This document shows, piece by piece, positions 26,532 through 35,771 of a stretch of 52,031 bases of DNA. The stretch covers positions 1 to 52,031 of the forward strand of contig CBHTTW010000001.1 of assembly GCA_966096025.1 (NCBI GenBank), written 5' to 3'. Under the pieces are notes generated by a model that was given only the letters and a program-made list of their open reading frames with translations, searched no databases and was not told the origin of the DNA. Position 1 is the stretch's first letter; every line of letters begins with the position of its first letter. A program made the position numbers and the translations under genes. The stretch is from an uncultured Alphaproteobacteria bacterium. Its GTDB lineage: Bacteria > Pseudomonadota > Alphaproteobacteria > Micropepsales > Micropepsaceae.

Positions 26532-29500
26532 ATGCTGCGCCGACTTGTCGAATTTGCTCTCAGCCAACGCCTGCTTATGCTTGTGCTGGCGGCCCTTCTG
26601 GCGGCGGGCGGCGGCTATGCCTTCAGCCGGTTGCCGATCGATGCCTATCCCGACATTTCCACCACCCAGGTCAAACTGATCCTCAAGGCGCCCGGCATGA
26701 CGCCGGAAGAGGTGGAGCAGCGAGTGATTGCGCCGTTGGAACTTGAGCTTCTCGGCATTCCCAACCAGGTGATCCTGCGGTCCATCGCCAAATACGCCAT
26801 TGCCGACATCACCATCGATTTCACCGATACCAGCGATGTCTATTGGGCGCGCCAGCAGGTCGGAGAGCGGCTATCCGGCGTGATGAGTCAATTGCCGGCC
26901 ACGGTATCGGGCGGTCTTGCGCCGATCGCCACGCCGCTCTCGGAAATCTTCATGTTCACTATCGAAGGCGGAACCTTGTCGTCCTCGGAGCGGCGGACCT
27001 TGCTGGATTGGACCATCCGTCCCGCGCTGCGCACCATTCCGGGCGTCGCCGACGTCAATGCGTTGGGCGGCCATGTTGTCACGTTCGAAGTCGTGCCCAA
27101 CGACGCCGCCTTGCTGTCGGCGCACCTGCGCATCTCCGATCTGCGCGCCGCGATCGAGCAGGCGAACCGCAATGACGGCGCCGGACGCGTCAGCGACGGC
27201 GAGGAGGCGCTGATTGTCCGCGCGGTTGGCGCAATTCGCACGTTGGACGATCTGCGCGAGGTGATGGTCGGCGTGCGGGACGGCGGCCATGTTCGCCTGG
27301 GCGATGTGGCCGAGGTGAAAACCGGTTCGCTCACGCGCTACGGCGCTGTGACGCGAGGCGGCGCCGGCGAGGCCGTGGAAGGGCTGGTGCTGGGCCTTCG
27401 CGGCGCCGATACCGGCCAAGTCGTCGCGGGTGTTCGCGCCAAGCTCGATGAGCTTCAGGCCAATATGCCGGCGGGCGTGACGCTGCACGTCTTCTACGAC
27501 CGCGCCGACCTTATCGGCCAGGCTGTCGCTACCGTCCAGCATGCCCTGATCGAAGCCACCGTGCTGATCGTGATTTTGCTTGTTCTTTTTCTGGGCAATA
27601 TCCGCGCCGCCTTGGTGGTGTCGTTGACGCTGCCTTTCGCCGCGCTCACCACCTTCCTGATGATGCGGCTCTTCGGGCTCACCGCAAATCTCATGAGCCT
27701 GGGGGGGCTTGCCATCGCCATCGGCATGCTGGTGGACGCCGCCGTGGTGGTGGTGGAAAATACCGTGGAGCAACTTTCCCACCATCGTGAGGATAGTGGG
27801 ACGCCCAAACTGAACCTGGTTTTTCGCGCGGTGACGGAGGTGTCGGTGCCGGTGGCCTCCGGAATTGTCATCATCTGCCTGGTGTTCTTGCCACTTCTCG
27901 CGCTGCAGGGGCTGGAGGGCAAACTGTTTTCTCCGGTGGCGTTGACCATCGTCTTCGCCTTGTCCGGCTCGCTTTTGCTGTCGTTGACGCTGATTCCGGT
28001 GATCGCCTCGCTCCTGCTGAAACCGGGTGCGCATGACGAGGCTTGGCTTATGCGCAAGTTGATGCCGCTCTATTCTCGCGCCCTGGCGGCCGCCCAGGAG
28101 CAGCCGCGCCGCCTGTTCATCGGAGTCGGCGTGGGGTTGCTGGCGGCAGCGGCGGCCTATCTGGCTGTCGGCAAGACATTCATGCCGACCATGGACGAAG
28201 GTTCGGTCGTTATCCAGGTCGCCAAGCTGCCCTCGATCAATCTGGAACGCTCGATGGCTTTGGATACGGCAATCCAGAAGGCAATCCTGGCCGATGTACC
28301 GGATGTGGCGGAGGCGATATCGCGCACCGGCAGCGACGAGATCGGCCTGGACCCGATGGGGCTGAACGAAACCGACCTGTTTCTGATGCTGAAACCGCGC
28401 AGCGAATGGACGCTCGACAGCAAGGGCGCGATCATAGAGGCGCTACGCAAGGTGATGAAAGACTTTCCCGGCGTGAACTATTCCTTCACCCAGCCGATCG
28501 AGATGCGGACCGCGGAAATGCTGACCGGCAGCCGTGGGGACTTGGCGATCAAACTGTTCGGGCCGGATTTGGCCATGCTGGGAAGGCTTGGCGAACAGAT
28601 ACGCGCCACGGTACAGGCCGTGCCGGGCGCGGCGGAGGTTCTCACCATCGCGGACGACAAGGTTCTGTATCTGCAGACCGATATCGACCGGATGGCGGCA
28701 GGCATGGCGGGCCTGCCGGTGCAGGCGCTGCAGGAGGAAATGCGCGCGCGGCTGGAGGGACTGCCGGCCGGCATTGTCACGCTGGCGGCGCGGCGCACGC
28801 CCATCATGATCAAGGGCGATCCCGAGTTGCGCATCCGGCCTGAACTGTTCGACGCGCTGGCTGTGAGTACCGACAATGGCGGCATCGTGCACATTTCGGA
28901 CGTCGCGCATATCAGCCAACCGCAGGGCCCCGTGCGCATTCAGCGGGAGAACGCCTCGCGCTTCGCCACCATTCAGGCCAATGTTGCCGGACGCGATCTG
29001 GTCGGCTTCGTTACGGACGCCCAGAATGCCGTGGCGGCCAAGGTAAAGCTGCCGACGGGCTATCGCCTGGAATGGAGCGGGGAATTCCAGAACCAGCGCC
29101 GCGCCGCCGCACGATTGATGGTGGTGGTGCCGTTGGCGCTGGGGCTGATCTTTCTCGTGTTGTTCGCCACATTGGGGTCGGTGCGCCAGTCGCTTTTGAT
29201 CCTGGCCAATATCCCGCTGGCCCTGATTGGCGGCATGCTGCTGCTTTTTCTTTCGGGCCATTACCTGTCGGTGCCCGCCTCCGTGGGATTCATCGCGCTT
29301 CTGGGGATTGCGGTGCTGAACGGCCTGGTGCTGATCGTTCATTTCAACCAGTTGCGGGCGCAGGGCTTGCCGCTGCGCACGGTCGCCTATGAGGGCTCGC
29401 GTCGCCGTCTGCGCCCCGTTTTGATGACGGCGTCCATCGCCGCGCTGGGCCTGGTGCCGCTTCTGTTCGCCACCGGGCCAGGGTCGGAGATTCAGAAGCC

Positions 29501-29609
29501 GCTGGCCATTGTGGTGATCGGTGGATTGATCACATCCACTGTGCTGACGCTGTTCGTGCTGCCGATCCTGTTCGAGCGCCATGGTGTGTCGCGGGAGGAG
29601 ATACGGTGA
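26532..29609 (+). CDS. CusA/CzcA family heavy-metal efflux RND permease
   Basis: LPIDAYPDI, TANLMSLGGLAIAIGMLVDAAVVVVEN, FMPTMDEG, RLRPVLMTA, GSEIQKPLA. Confidence 0.95.
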   Translation: MLRRLVEFALSQRLLMLVLAALLAAGGGYAFSRLPIDAYPDISTTQVKLILKAPGMTPEEVEQRVIAPLELELLGIPNQVILRSIAKYAIADITIDFTDTSDVYWARQQVGERLSGVMSQLPATVSGGLAPIATPLSEIFMFTIEGGTLSSSERRTLLDWTIRPALRTIPGVADVNALGGHVVTFEVVPNDAALLSAHLRISDLRAAIEQANRNDGAGRVSDGEEALIVRAVGAIRTLDDLREVMVGVRDGGHVRLGDVAEVKTGSLTRYGAVTRGGAGEAVEGLVLGLRGADTGQVVAGVRAKLDELQANMPAGVTLHVFYDRADLIGQAVATVQHALIEATVLIVILLVLFLGNIRAALVVSLTLPFAALTTFLMMRLFGLTANLMSLGGLAIAIGMLVDAAVVVVENTVEQLSHHREDSGTPKLNLVFRAVTEVSVPVASGIVIICLVFLPLLALQGLEGKLFSPVALTIVFALSGSLLLSLTLIPVIASLLLKPGAHDEAWLMRKLMPLYSRALAAAQEQPRRLFIGVGVGLLAAAAAYLAVGKTFMPTMDEGSVVIQVAKLPSINLERSMALDTAIQKAILADVPDVAEAISRTGSDEIGLDPMGLNETDLFLMLKPRSEWTLDSKGAIIEALRKVMKDFPGVNYSFTQPIEMRTAEMLTGSRGDLAIKLFGPDLAMLGRLGEQIRATVQAVPGAAEVLTIADDKVLYLQTDIDRMAAGMAGLPVQALQEEMRARLEGLPAGIVTLAARRTPIMIKGDPELRIRPELFDALAVSTDNGGIVHISDVAHISQPQGPVRIQRENASRFATIQANVAGRDLVGFVTDAQNAVAAKVKLPTGYRLEWSGEFQNQRRAAARLMVVVPLALGLIFLVLFATLGSVRQSLLILANIPLALIGGMLLLFLSGHYLSVPASVGFIALLGIAVLNGLVLIVHFNQLRAQGLPLRTVAYEGSRRRLRPVLMTASIAALGLVPLLFATGPGSEIQKPLAIVVIGGLITSTVLTLFVLPILFERHGVSREEIR

Positions 29610-29911
29610 ACCAGGTTAAACTTACCTTGCTCTGCCCTGCCGCGCTCAGCGATCGTGTCTTGGACGCGGTGAGGGATGGCGGCGGACTCGCCCACGGCTT
29701 CGCCAGTTTTCCCGCCAGCGGCCACGGCCGCGAATTCATCAACGCCAGCCTGCGTGAAAAGGTGCGCGGGTGCGTCGACACCACGATCATCATGATGGTC
29801 CTTCCGGCCGGCGCTGCGGACACTCTGCTGGCCGGACTCAGGGGCCGTTTTTCCAACCCGCAGCTCGTCTATTGGATTGAGCCGATGCTTGCCTTTGGAG
29901 ATTTGGGATGA
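29606..29911 (+). CDS. DUF3240-like (PII-like) protein
   Basis: 101 aa, GF....SGHG....EKVRG...YWIEP; translationally coupled between the RND and TolC genes. Confidence 0.72.
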   Translation: MNQVKLTLLCPAALSDRVLDAVRDGGGLAHGFASFPASGHGREFINASLREKVRGCVDTTIIMMVLPAGAADTLLAGLRGRFSNPQLVYWIEPMLAFGDLG

Positions 29912-31164
29912 AACGTTATTTCGCCGCCCTTGCGCTCGTGTTGGGCGCCGCCCCGCTACAGGCACACCCGCCGGTATCCTCGCCCAGCCTGGCGTTCCTG
30001 CCGCCGGATTCCATCGTCGGCGAACTTCTGGCGCTATCTCCGGACGTGCGCCGCGCCGACGCCATGCTGAATTCCGCGCAGGCCGAGGCGCGCGCGCGCC
30101 AAGCGGGGCCCCATGAATTCACCTTTCACGGCGAGTATCACTCGCGTTCCACCAACCTGGACGGGCGTCTGAATGAATGGGCGCTTGGCGTCAGCCGCGG
30201 CATCCGCCTGCCCGGCAAGGCCGATGCCGACGATAATATCGGCAGATACACTATCGCGGTTGCGCAGAACGGCTATGGCGACGCCCGTCACCAGACCGCG
30301 ACCTTGCTCAAGGAACTTTGGCTGGGTTGGGTGCTGGCGGAGGGCGACGCGAATCTCGCAAAAAACGAGATCGCCACTTACGAGCGCCAGCTCGCCGCCA
30401 CCCAGCGCGCGCGCCAACTGGGCCAGGCTGCGGCGCTGGAAGTCGAGCAGCTCCAGGCGGCCTTGGCGCAGGCCCGGGTTCAGGCGGCACAGGCCGAACA
30501 GGTCCGGCGCGACATGCGCATGACGCTGGGACGCAGTTTCCCATCCCTGGCCTTGCCCCTCGCGGCCCCAGCCATGCCCGATCCGGCCGCGCCGCCCGGC
30601 AACTGGGACGATTGGCGGGCGGCCGTGCTGGACGACAATCATGAGGTCAAGCTCGCGCGAAGCGAGGCGGACCGCCGCGTTTGGCTGGCACGGCGCGCAC
30701 ATCTCGACCAATTGGCGGACCCGACACTGGACCTGCGCACTTTCTCGGACATGGGCGGTCATGAGACGGGCTTCGGCGTGGGTTTTTCCATTCCCCTCGG
30801 CGGGGCGCTGCGTCAGGCCAGTGCCGATCAGGCCAGCGCGGAGGCGGCGGCTGCCTCGGTCAGTGCGCACAAGATTCAGCGCGACGTGGAGATTGCGGCG
30901 GATCGTGATGTGATCAACGCGCAGCAGGGGCTGGAAGCCTGGCGTCAGGCTGAATTGGCCGCGCAGAGCAGCAAGGCCGTGATCGCGCGCATGCAGAAGG
31001 CGTATGAGCTGGGGGACCAGGGATTGATGGAGCTGCTGATCGCGCGCCGTCAGGACTACGACATGCGCCGCAGCGAGGCGCACGCACGGGGCTCCGCCCA
31101 TTCCGCCGTGTTGCAGCTTCTGATCGATTCGCACCGGATATGGGGTTTGTCGGACGAGGAATGA
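29908..31164 (+). CDS. TolC-family outer membrane efflux protein
   Basis: Signal peptide, two helical repeats, AYELGDQGLMELL; operon position. Confidence 0.88.
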   Translation: MKRYFAALALVLGAAPLQAHPPVSSPSLAFLPPDSIVGELLALSPDVRRADAMLNSAQAEARARQAGPHEFTFHGEYHSRSTNLDGRLNEWALGVSRGIRLPGKADADDNIGRYTIAVAQNGYGDARHQTATLLKELWLGWVLAEGDANLAKNEIATYERQLAATQRARQLGQAAALEVEQLQAALAQARVQAAQAEQVRRDMRMTLGRSFPSLALPLAAPAMPDPAAPPGNWDDWRAAVLDDNHEVKLARSEADRRVWLARRAHLDQLADPTLDLRTFSDMGGHETGFGVGFSIPLGGALRQASADQASAEAAAASVSAHKIQRDVEIAADRDVINAQQGLEAWRQAELAAQSSKAVIARMQKAYELGDQGLMELLIARRQDYDMRRSEAHARGSAHSAVLQLLIDSHRIWGLSDEE

Positions 31165-31434
31165 GGGCTCTGTCCTTGTTGGGGAAAATTATTCCTGAGG
31201 AATCCATCTCCCCTGAAAAAGCCAGATGCCTTAGTACTTATAGGCCGTCTGCATCCACAATACCGACTTCTGTTCTACAAAGCATGCCGTTGAGCATGAC
31301 GCCGATCTCCGGGATGCGTTGCAAGTCTATCTGACCCATGCGCGTGACGCCGCCGCCTGGCGATAGGGAAGGATCTTTCCGGACTCCCAGTCCGCGCACT
31401 TGGAATTGGCGTCGCAATGTATGGCCGTCGGCGC

Positions 31435-32229
31435 TCAGTCTTTGCGGAGGAGCCAGAGGATTTCGTTTTCGATCAGCCGGTTCTGAATCGGGCTGTCAAA
31501 GACTTTGTCGCCATGACCCATATTCATATAGATCATGCGGTATTTGGTGTTGGTCCAGACCACGGGAACGTCACCGTCCTTGTCGGTGATCATGCTCTTG
31601 ATGCCGAGCGGATAGTTGGACGGGTCCATGGTGAGCAGGACATGGATGTCCGGCGCCAGGCGCGGGCTGGGACGCCAGGAATACCATTCATTGGTGGGCG
31701 AGACGAAACTTTGGGGAAGTCCCCTGGTGATGGGGCTCGCCATGTCGTCGACGTTCAGTTTGGCCGGCAAGGGCGGCCAATTGTTGATGCCGAAAACGCC
31801 GGCGCCGATGAAATTGCGAAACCAGGTCCATTTGAAGTTCCGGTCGGTATAGGCCGAGACATGGCAGCCCAGCCAGGCGCCTCCGTTTTCCATGAATTTC
31901 TCGAACGCGGCGCGTTGAGCGGGGTTGCTGGGGAAATCGTTGAGCCAGACCACCATCTGGTACTGCGCCAGTTTCTGGTCGTTGAGGTCGTTCCAGTCTG
32001 TGGTGGCCTCGATACGGAAATTGTGCCGGTCGGCCCGCTCCGCCAGGAAGCGCAAGGCTTGCGTGGCAAAAAGCATGTGATCGTTCTCGACATTGAGCGA
32101 GAAGAAAACCAGGACGCGCGGCGGCTGGGCGGGCGCCTGGGCGGGCGCCTGGGCGGGCGCCTGGGCGCGGGTGCCGGAGGCAAAAAGCAATGTGAGACAG
32201 AGTACGATGGAGACGAAAAGCTTTTTCAT
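31435..32229 (-). CDS. ThuA domain protein (Sec signal)
   Basis: VENDH, GGAWLGCH, NEWYSW, PVVWTN, YMNMGH. Confidence 0.85.
   Translation of the reverse strand: MKKLFVSIVLCLTLLFASGTRAQAPAQAPAQAPAQPPRVLVFFSLNVENDHMLFATQALRFLAERADRHNFRIEATTDWNDLNDQKLAQYQMVVWLNDFPSNPAQRAAFEKFMENGGAWLGCHVSAYTDRNFKWTWFRNFIGAGVFGINNWPPLPAKLNVDDMASPITRGLPQSFVSPTNEWYSWRPSPRLAPDIHVLLTMDPSNYPLGIKSMITDKDGDVPVVWTNTKYRMIYMNMGHGDKVFDSPIQNRLIENEILWLLRKD
32125..32167. repeat. 12-bp tandem repeat, about 3.5 copies
   Basis: (CTGGGCGGGCGC)x3 + CTGGGCG, encoding AQAP repeats on the minus strand just after the signal peptide. Confidence 0.9.
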
Positions 32230-33020
32230 TGGCCGGCGCCCCAGAAGATGGCGTTGCGGAAGAGCGTCACGAAATTGGCATCGTCAAACAGCCCGGCGTG
32301 ATGGCCCATGAAGATATAGACGTTGCGGGCTTTATACTTGGGGTTGGACCAGATGACGGGATGGTCGCCGCCCATTTTGATCATGGTATTGGGCTGGTAG
32401 CTGGCTTCGTCCACCGTGCCGATGACATGGACATTTGGGCGCGGTGAGCGGTCCCAGGTGTACCACTCCTCCTTGGCGATGACGAAGGACTCGGGCAGTC
32501 CCTTGGCCAGCGGATGGTTGCGGTCCTCGATCCGCACGGTTGCGCGGGCGAAGTTGGGCAGATAATGGGTGAAGCGTATGCCGCCCATGAAATTGGAGAA
32601 CCAGGGCGACATGGGCCAACCATCGAAATCGCCCAAAAGAGCGGCATGGTGAAAGCCCATCCAGCCGCCTTTGCCTTCGGTCATGTAGCGTTCGAAGGCA
32701 GCCTGGGCGATGGGCGTCCAGTTATAGGGCGGGTAGTTGAGCTGGATGATGATGTTGTATTGCGCCAGAAATTCGTCGTTGATCGGGGATGTGCTGGTGA
32801 TGGAGTCGAAGGCAAAGTCGTTTTCCGGCGCGATCTTGGCGATATAGGCTTTGCCGGCATCGACAAAACTCTGATGGTCGCCGCTGGCGCGCTCGGCCAG
32901 GATCAGGGCGCGAAAGCGGGGCTTGTGCTCGGCATATTGGGCGCGGGCCGCGGGCGCGGCGGCCAAGGTGGCGGCGGCTCCGGCAAGGGCCTGTCGGCGG
33001 GTGGGCAGGAGCACGGCCAT
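32226..33020 (-). CDS. ThuA domain protein (Tat signal)
   Basis: TRRQAL; GGWMGFHH, EEWYTW, DHPVIWSN, YIFMGH; paralog of 31435-32229. Confidence 0.85.
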   Translation of the reverse strand: MAVLLPTRRQALAGAAATLAAAPAARAQYAEHKPRFRALILAERASGDHQSFVDAGKAYIAKIAPENDFAFDSITSTSPINDEFLAQYNIIIQLNYPPYNWTPIAQAAFERYMTEGKGGWMGFHHAALLGDFDGWPMSPWFSNFMGGIRFTHYLPNFARATVRIEDRNHPLAKGLPESFVIAKEEWYTWDRSPRPNVHVIGTVDEASYQPNTMIKMGGDHPVIWSNPKYKARNVYIFMGHHAGLFDDANFVTLFRNAIFWGAGQ

Positions 33021-33029
33021 TGGTTCCTC

Positions 33030-34094
33030 TTAGCGCGCCGACGGGCCGGTGATGACGGTGACGTCGTCGCTGTACATGTTGGCGACATAGACTTTGCCGA
33101 CGGCGCTGTCGGCAGCCATGGCGTAGGGGATGGTTCCGGCCTTGACCTTGCCCAGCACGGCGTAAGTGGTGCCGCTATAGACCACGACATTGCCGGTCTT
33201 CTGTTCGGAAACATAAATCGCCCCGGTGCGGGCATTGACGGCGACGGCCGAGGGCTGGGCGCCCAGTTTCACGGTGCGGATGAGTTTGGCCGTTATGGGA
33301 TCGATCACGGCCATGGTGCTGTCGCCGTAGCTGAGCGCGTAGACGCGGTGCGTGGCGGGGTTGAAGGCGACGGCGAAGGGAATCTCGCCGATCGGAACAT
33401 CCTTCACCGCCCTGGTGGCGCCGTCGATGATGGAGAGCGTGGCGCTGTCCTCATTGACGACATAGATTTTGTCGATGCCGGGATCCAGAGTGAGAGTCCA
33501 GGGATGCTTGCCGGTGGGGATGGAGGTGCCCGTCAGGGCGTTGCCGTCAATTTCCGTGGCATCGCTGCTGCCGTAATTGGGGGTATAGGCCTTGTTGGTG
33601 TTGGGATTGACCAGGATGGTGCGCGGCCCCTGGCCCACCCGCACATTGACGGTGGCATTGGTGGCGCCGTCCAGAATGGTGATGTTGTGGCCGTAATTGT
33701 TGGCGATAAAGATCTTGTTGTTGATGCTGTTGATGGCGACAGCCTGGGGATAGCTGCCGGCCTTGATGGTGGCGATGACGGTGTCGGTGGCGCCATCGAT
33801 GATGGTGCTGGTGCTGTCGTTGGGATGGGCGGTGTAGATGCGGTTGGTGACCGGGTTTATGGCGATACCCGCAACCCCCGTGGCGGTCTTGATGGTGGCC
33901 AGCAGGCGGGCATTGCCGTCGACAACCGAGACGCCTTCACCGGTGGCGATATAAGCTTTATGTGTGGTCTCGTTGACGACCACGGCAAAGGGCCCCTTGC
34001 CCACGGCAACCGTCTGTGCGGTCTGGGCGCTGGCGGCGGTGGCTGCGAAGAGGGCCATGATCGCCGTCGATAGTGTCGCGATGCGTTCGATCAT
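33030..34094 (-). CDS. YncE/YVTN beta-propeller repeat protein, secreted
   Basis: About 7-8 repeats of P..VA.N..T..IY..N......I.D. Confidence 0.88.
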   Translation of the reverse strand: MIERIATLSTAIMALFAATAASAQTAQTVAVGKGPFAVVVNETTHKAYIATGEGVSVVDGNARLLATIKTATGVAGIAINPVTNRIYTAHPNDSTSTIIDGATDTVIATIKAGSYPQAVAINSINNKIFIANNYGHNITILDGATNATVNVRVGQGPRTILVNPNTNKAYTPNYGSSDATEIDGNALTGTSIPTGKHPWTLTLDPGIDKIYVVNEDSATLSIIDGATRAVKDVPIGEIPFAVAFNPATHRVYALSYGDSTMAVIDPITAKLIRTVKLGAQPSAVAVNARTGAIYVSEQKTGNVVVYSGTTYAVLGKVKAGTIPYAMAADSAVGKVYVANMYSDDVTVITGPSAR

Positions 34095-34150
34095 GTTTCC
34101 TCGCGCGGGGGGCGATCTGGCGGACGCCGTTTTGCTTACCGAACCAAATC

Positions 34151-34171
34151 AGGCGGTCCGGCAGACCGCCT
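34151..34171. other. Hairpin immediately after the monooxygenase stop
   Basis: AGGCGGTC-CGGCA-GACCGCCT; only a weak U-tract, so terminator or mRNA stabiliser. Confidence 0.45.
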
Positions 34172-35639
34172 ATGATTTTGGTTTCGCTGCCGCTTTATCA
34201 GCCGTTTTCGTCTTTGCCGGCCGCAGAATCTGCCGGGTGGTGAATTTGGCGTCGAACACGACGTTGAACATGCAGACCATCATCTCATCGACGGTCTGCT
34301 GACCCCAGATCACGGTCTTGCTGGGATCCGGGTTCTCTTTATTGGCGGCGGAATTGTCGAAATGCTCGGTGCACTCGATCCTGGTGCCCTTGGGCATCTT
34401 GATAGGTTCGGCAAGATTGTACCAAAGCTGCCAGCGCCAATTGTAAGCGGGAATGTTCAGCAGCGTATCCTTCTTCCCGTCCGGAAACACGATCCGGTAC
34501 TGGGCATCCTTGCCGCGCATGTGCATGTGCGGATGCATGCCGACCAAGATCATATCCTCGGGCGCGGTGTAGGAGGAATCGACCTTGTAGTTGGGGTGGA
34601 AGGGCGGAATTTTGAATTTGTCATTGTCCGCCGACAGGGTCATGGCGCGCTTTTTAACCGGCCCCTTGGCGAGGACCAGGCCGAGACGGGACTGATCGGT
34701 GGTGGCCTTGCCTTCGGGCATATAGTGAAGCTCAAGCACGATGTCCGATCCGGCGGGGATCAGCTTGGCCTCGCCATCCTTGTACATGTCCGGGGTCTGG
34801 CCCGGGGCGTAACCGACCAGCCAGTCGCTGGGAACGTCGGCGCCGCCGCCCTTGCTGGTGGCGGTCTGCGGCGTGGGCTTGCCGTCTGCTCCGGTGTCGG
34901 GCGCCATGTCCGGCACCATATAGGGCATCTTGGGTTTGTATTTTTCCGCTTCCTTGGCGGTAAAGAACATGTTCTTGGGCACGCCCTTGAAGTAGCTGGA
35001 ACCGGGAACGCGCACATAAGCGACAATGTGGTGAACCACGCTGCGGTCGGTGGGTGCGGCCTGGATATACTGAACCCAGGTGTCTTTCTTGAAGCCGGTC
35101 GGGATGATGACATATTCATAATCCATCAACCCGTGGGCCTTGACGGGGAATGGCTTGGGCAACTGAAAGACGATGTCGGGTTTGGGGATGCTCCAACCCT
35201 CGACGAATTCCCGAGGCTTGGGCATATCCTTCATGTCGCCCTGGGGCGCGCCGGCATCGACCCATTCGACGATCTTGTCGATATCGGCCTGGGCCATGGC
35301 GCGGTTGTTCTCGAACTTCTTGGTGGTGCCATCGTCATACCAGGGCGGCATGCGGCGGCTGGAGACCATCCGCTTGATGTTGTTCGACCACATCTTGACG
35401 GTTTCGTATTTGTCCATCGAGAAGGGCGTGCCTTCGCCGGCGCGGTGGCAGGTCTGGCAGTTCTGCGCCAGCAGAGGCGCGATGTCCTTGGCGTAAGTCA
35501 GCTTGGAGTCCCGCATCGCGGGCGCGACGCTGGGCGCGGCTTGGCTGTCCTTGTGCACATGCGGCATGTCCTGCGCGACCAGGGTGCCGGCGGCCGCCAC
35601 CGTGAGGCCAAGAGCCAGAAAGGGTACGGAGCGTTTCAT
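34170..35639 (-). CDS. Secreted c-type heme / PHM-DBH-type copper monooxygenase-like protein
   Basis: Signal peptide; CQTCH with downstream MPPW; CuH-like VVHH and ELHY; CuM-like HPHMHMRG and DEMM. Confidence 0.85.
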   Translation of the reverse strand: MKRSVPFLALGLTVAAAGTLVAQDMPHVHKDSQAAPSVAPAMRDSKLTYAKDIAPLLAQNCQTCHRAGEGTPFSMDKYETVKMWSNNIKRMVSSRRMPPWYDDGTTKKFENNRAMAQADIDKIVEWVDAGAPQGDMKDMPKPREFVEGWSIPKPDIVFQLPKPFPVKAHGLMDYEYVIIPTGFKKDTWVQYIQAAPTDRSVVHHIVAYVRVPGSSYFKGVPKNMFFTAKEAEKYKPKMPYMVPDMAPDTGADGKPTPQTATSKGGGADVPSDWLVGYAPGQTPDMYKDGEAKLIPAGSDIVLELHYMPEGKATTDQSRLGLVLAKGPVKKRAMTLSADNDKFKIPPFHPNYKVDSSYTAPEDMILVGMHPHMHMRGKDAQYRIVFPDGKKDTLLNIPAYNWRWQLWYNLAEPIKMPKGTRIECTEHFDNSAANKENPDPSKTVIWGQQTVDEMMVCMFNVVFDAKFTTRQILRPAKTKTADKAAAKPKS

Positions 35640-35680
35640 GCAAGGACTCCTAACGCGTTGCCAATTGCCTTCCCGGATAA

Positions 35681-35718
35681 GTAACCATACAGTTACTCTT
35701 GACCGATTTTGCTGTCAA
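35681..35718 (-). promoter_or_regulatory. Promoter TTGACA-N17-TAACTG with overlapping palindromic operator
   Basis: GTAACCATACAGTTAC 35681-35696; minus-strand TTGACA 35718-35713. Confidence 0.8.
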
Positions 35719-35771
35719 TCGGACCTGATCTTTGACGGTTTGGTTTGCGCGAGCCGCAGAAGGAGATTCGC

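Noticed and set aside
31140-31434. Short ORFs after TolC
   Set aside because: No motifs or convincing starts; not recognisable as an integrase or transposase remnant
32125-32167. Repeat as CRISPR or phase-variation tract
   Set aside because: No spacers or cas genes; unit length is a multiple of three
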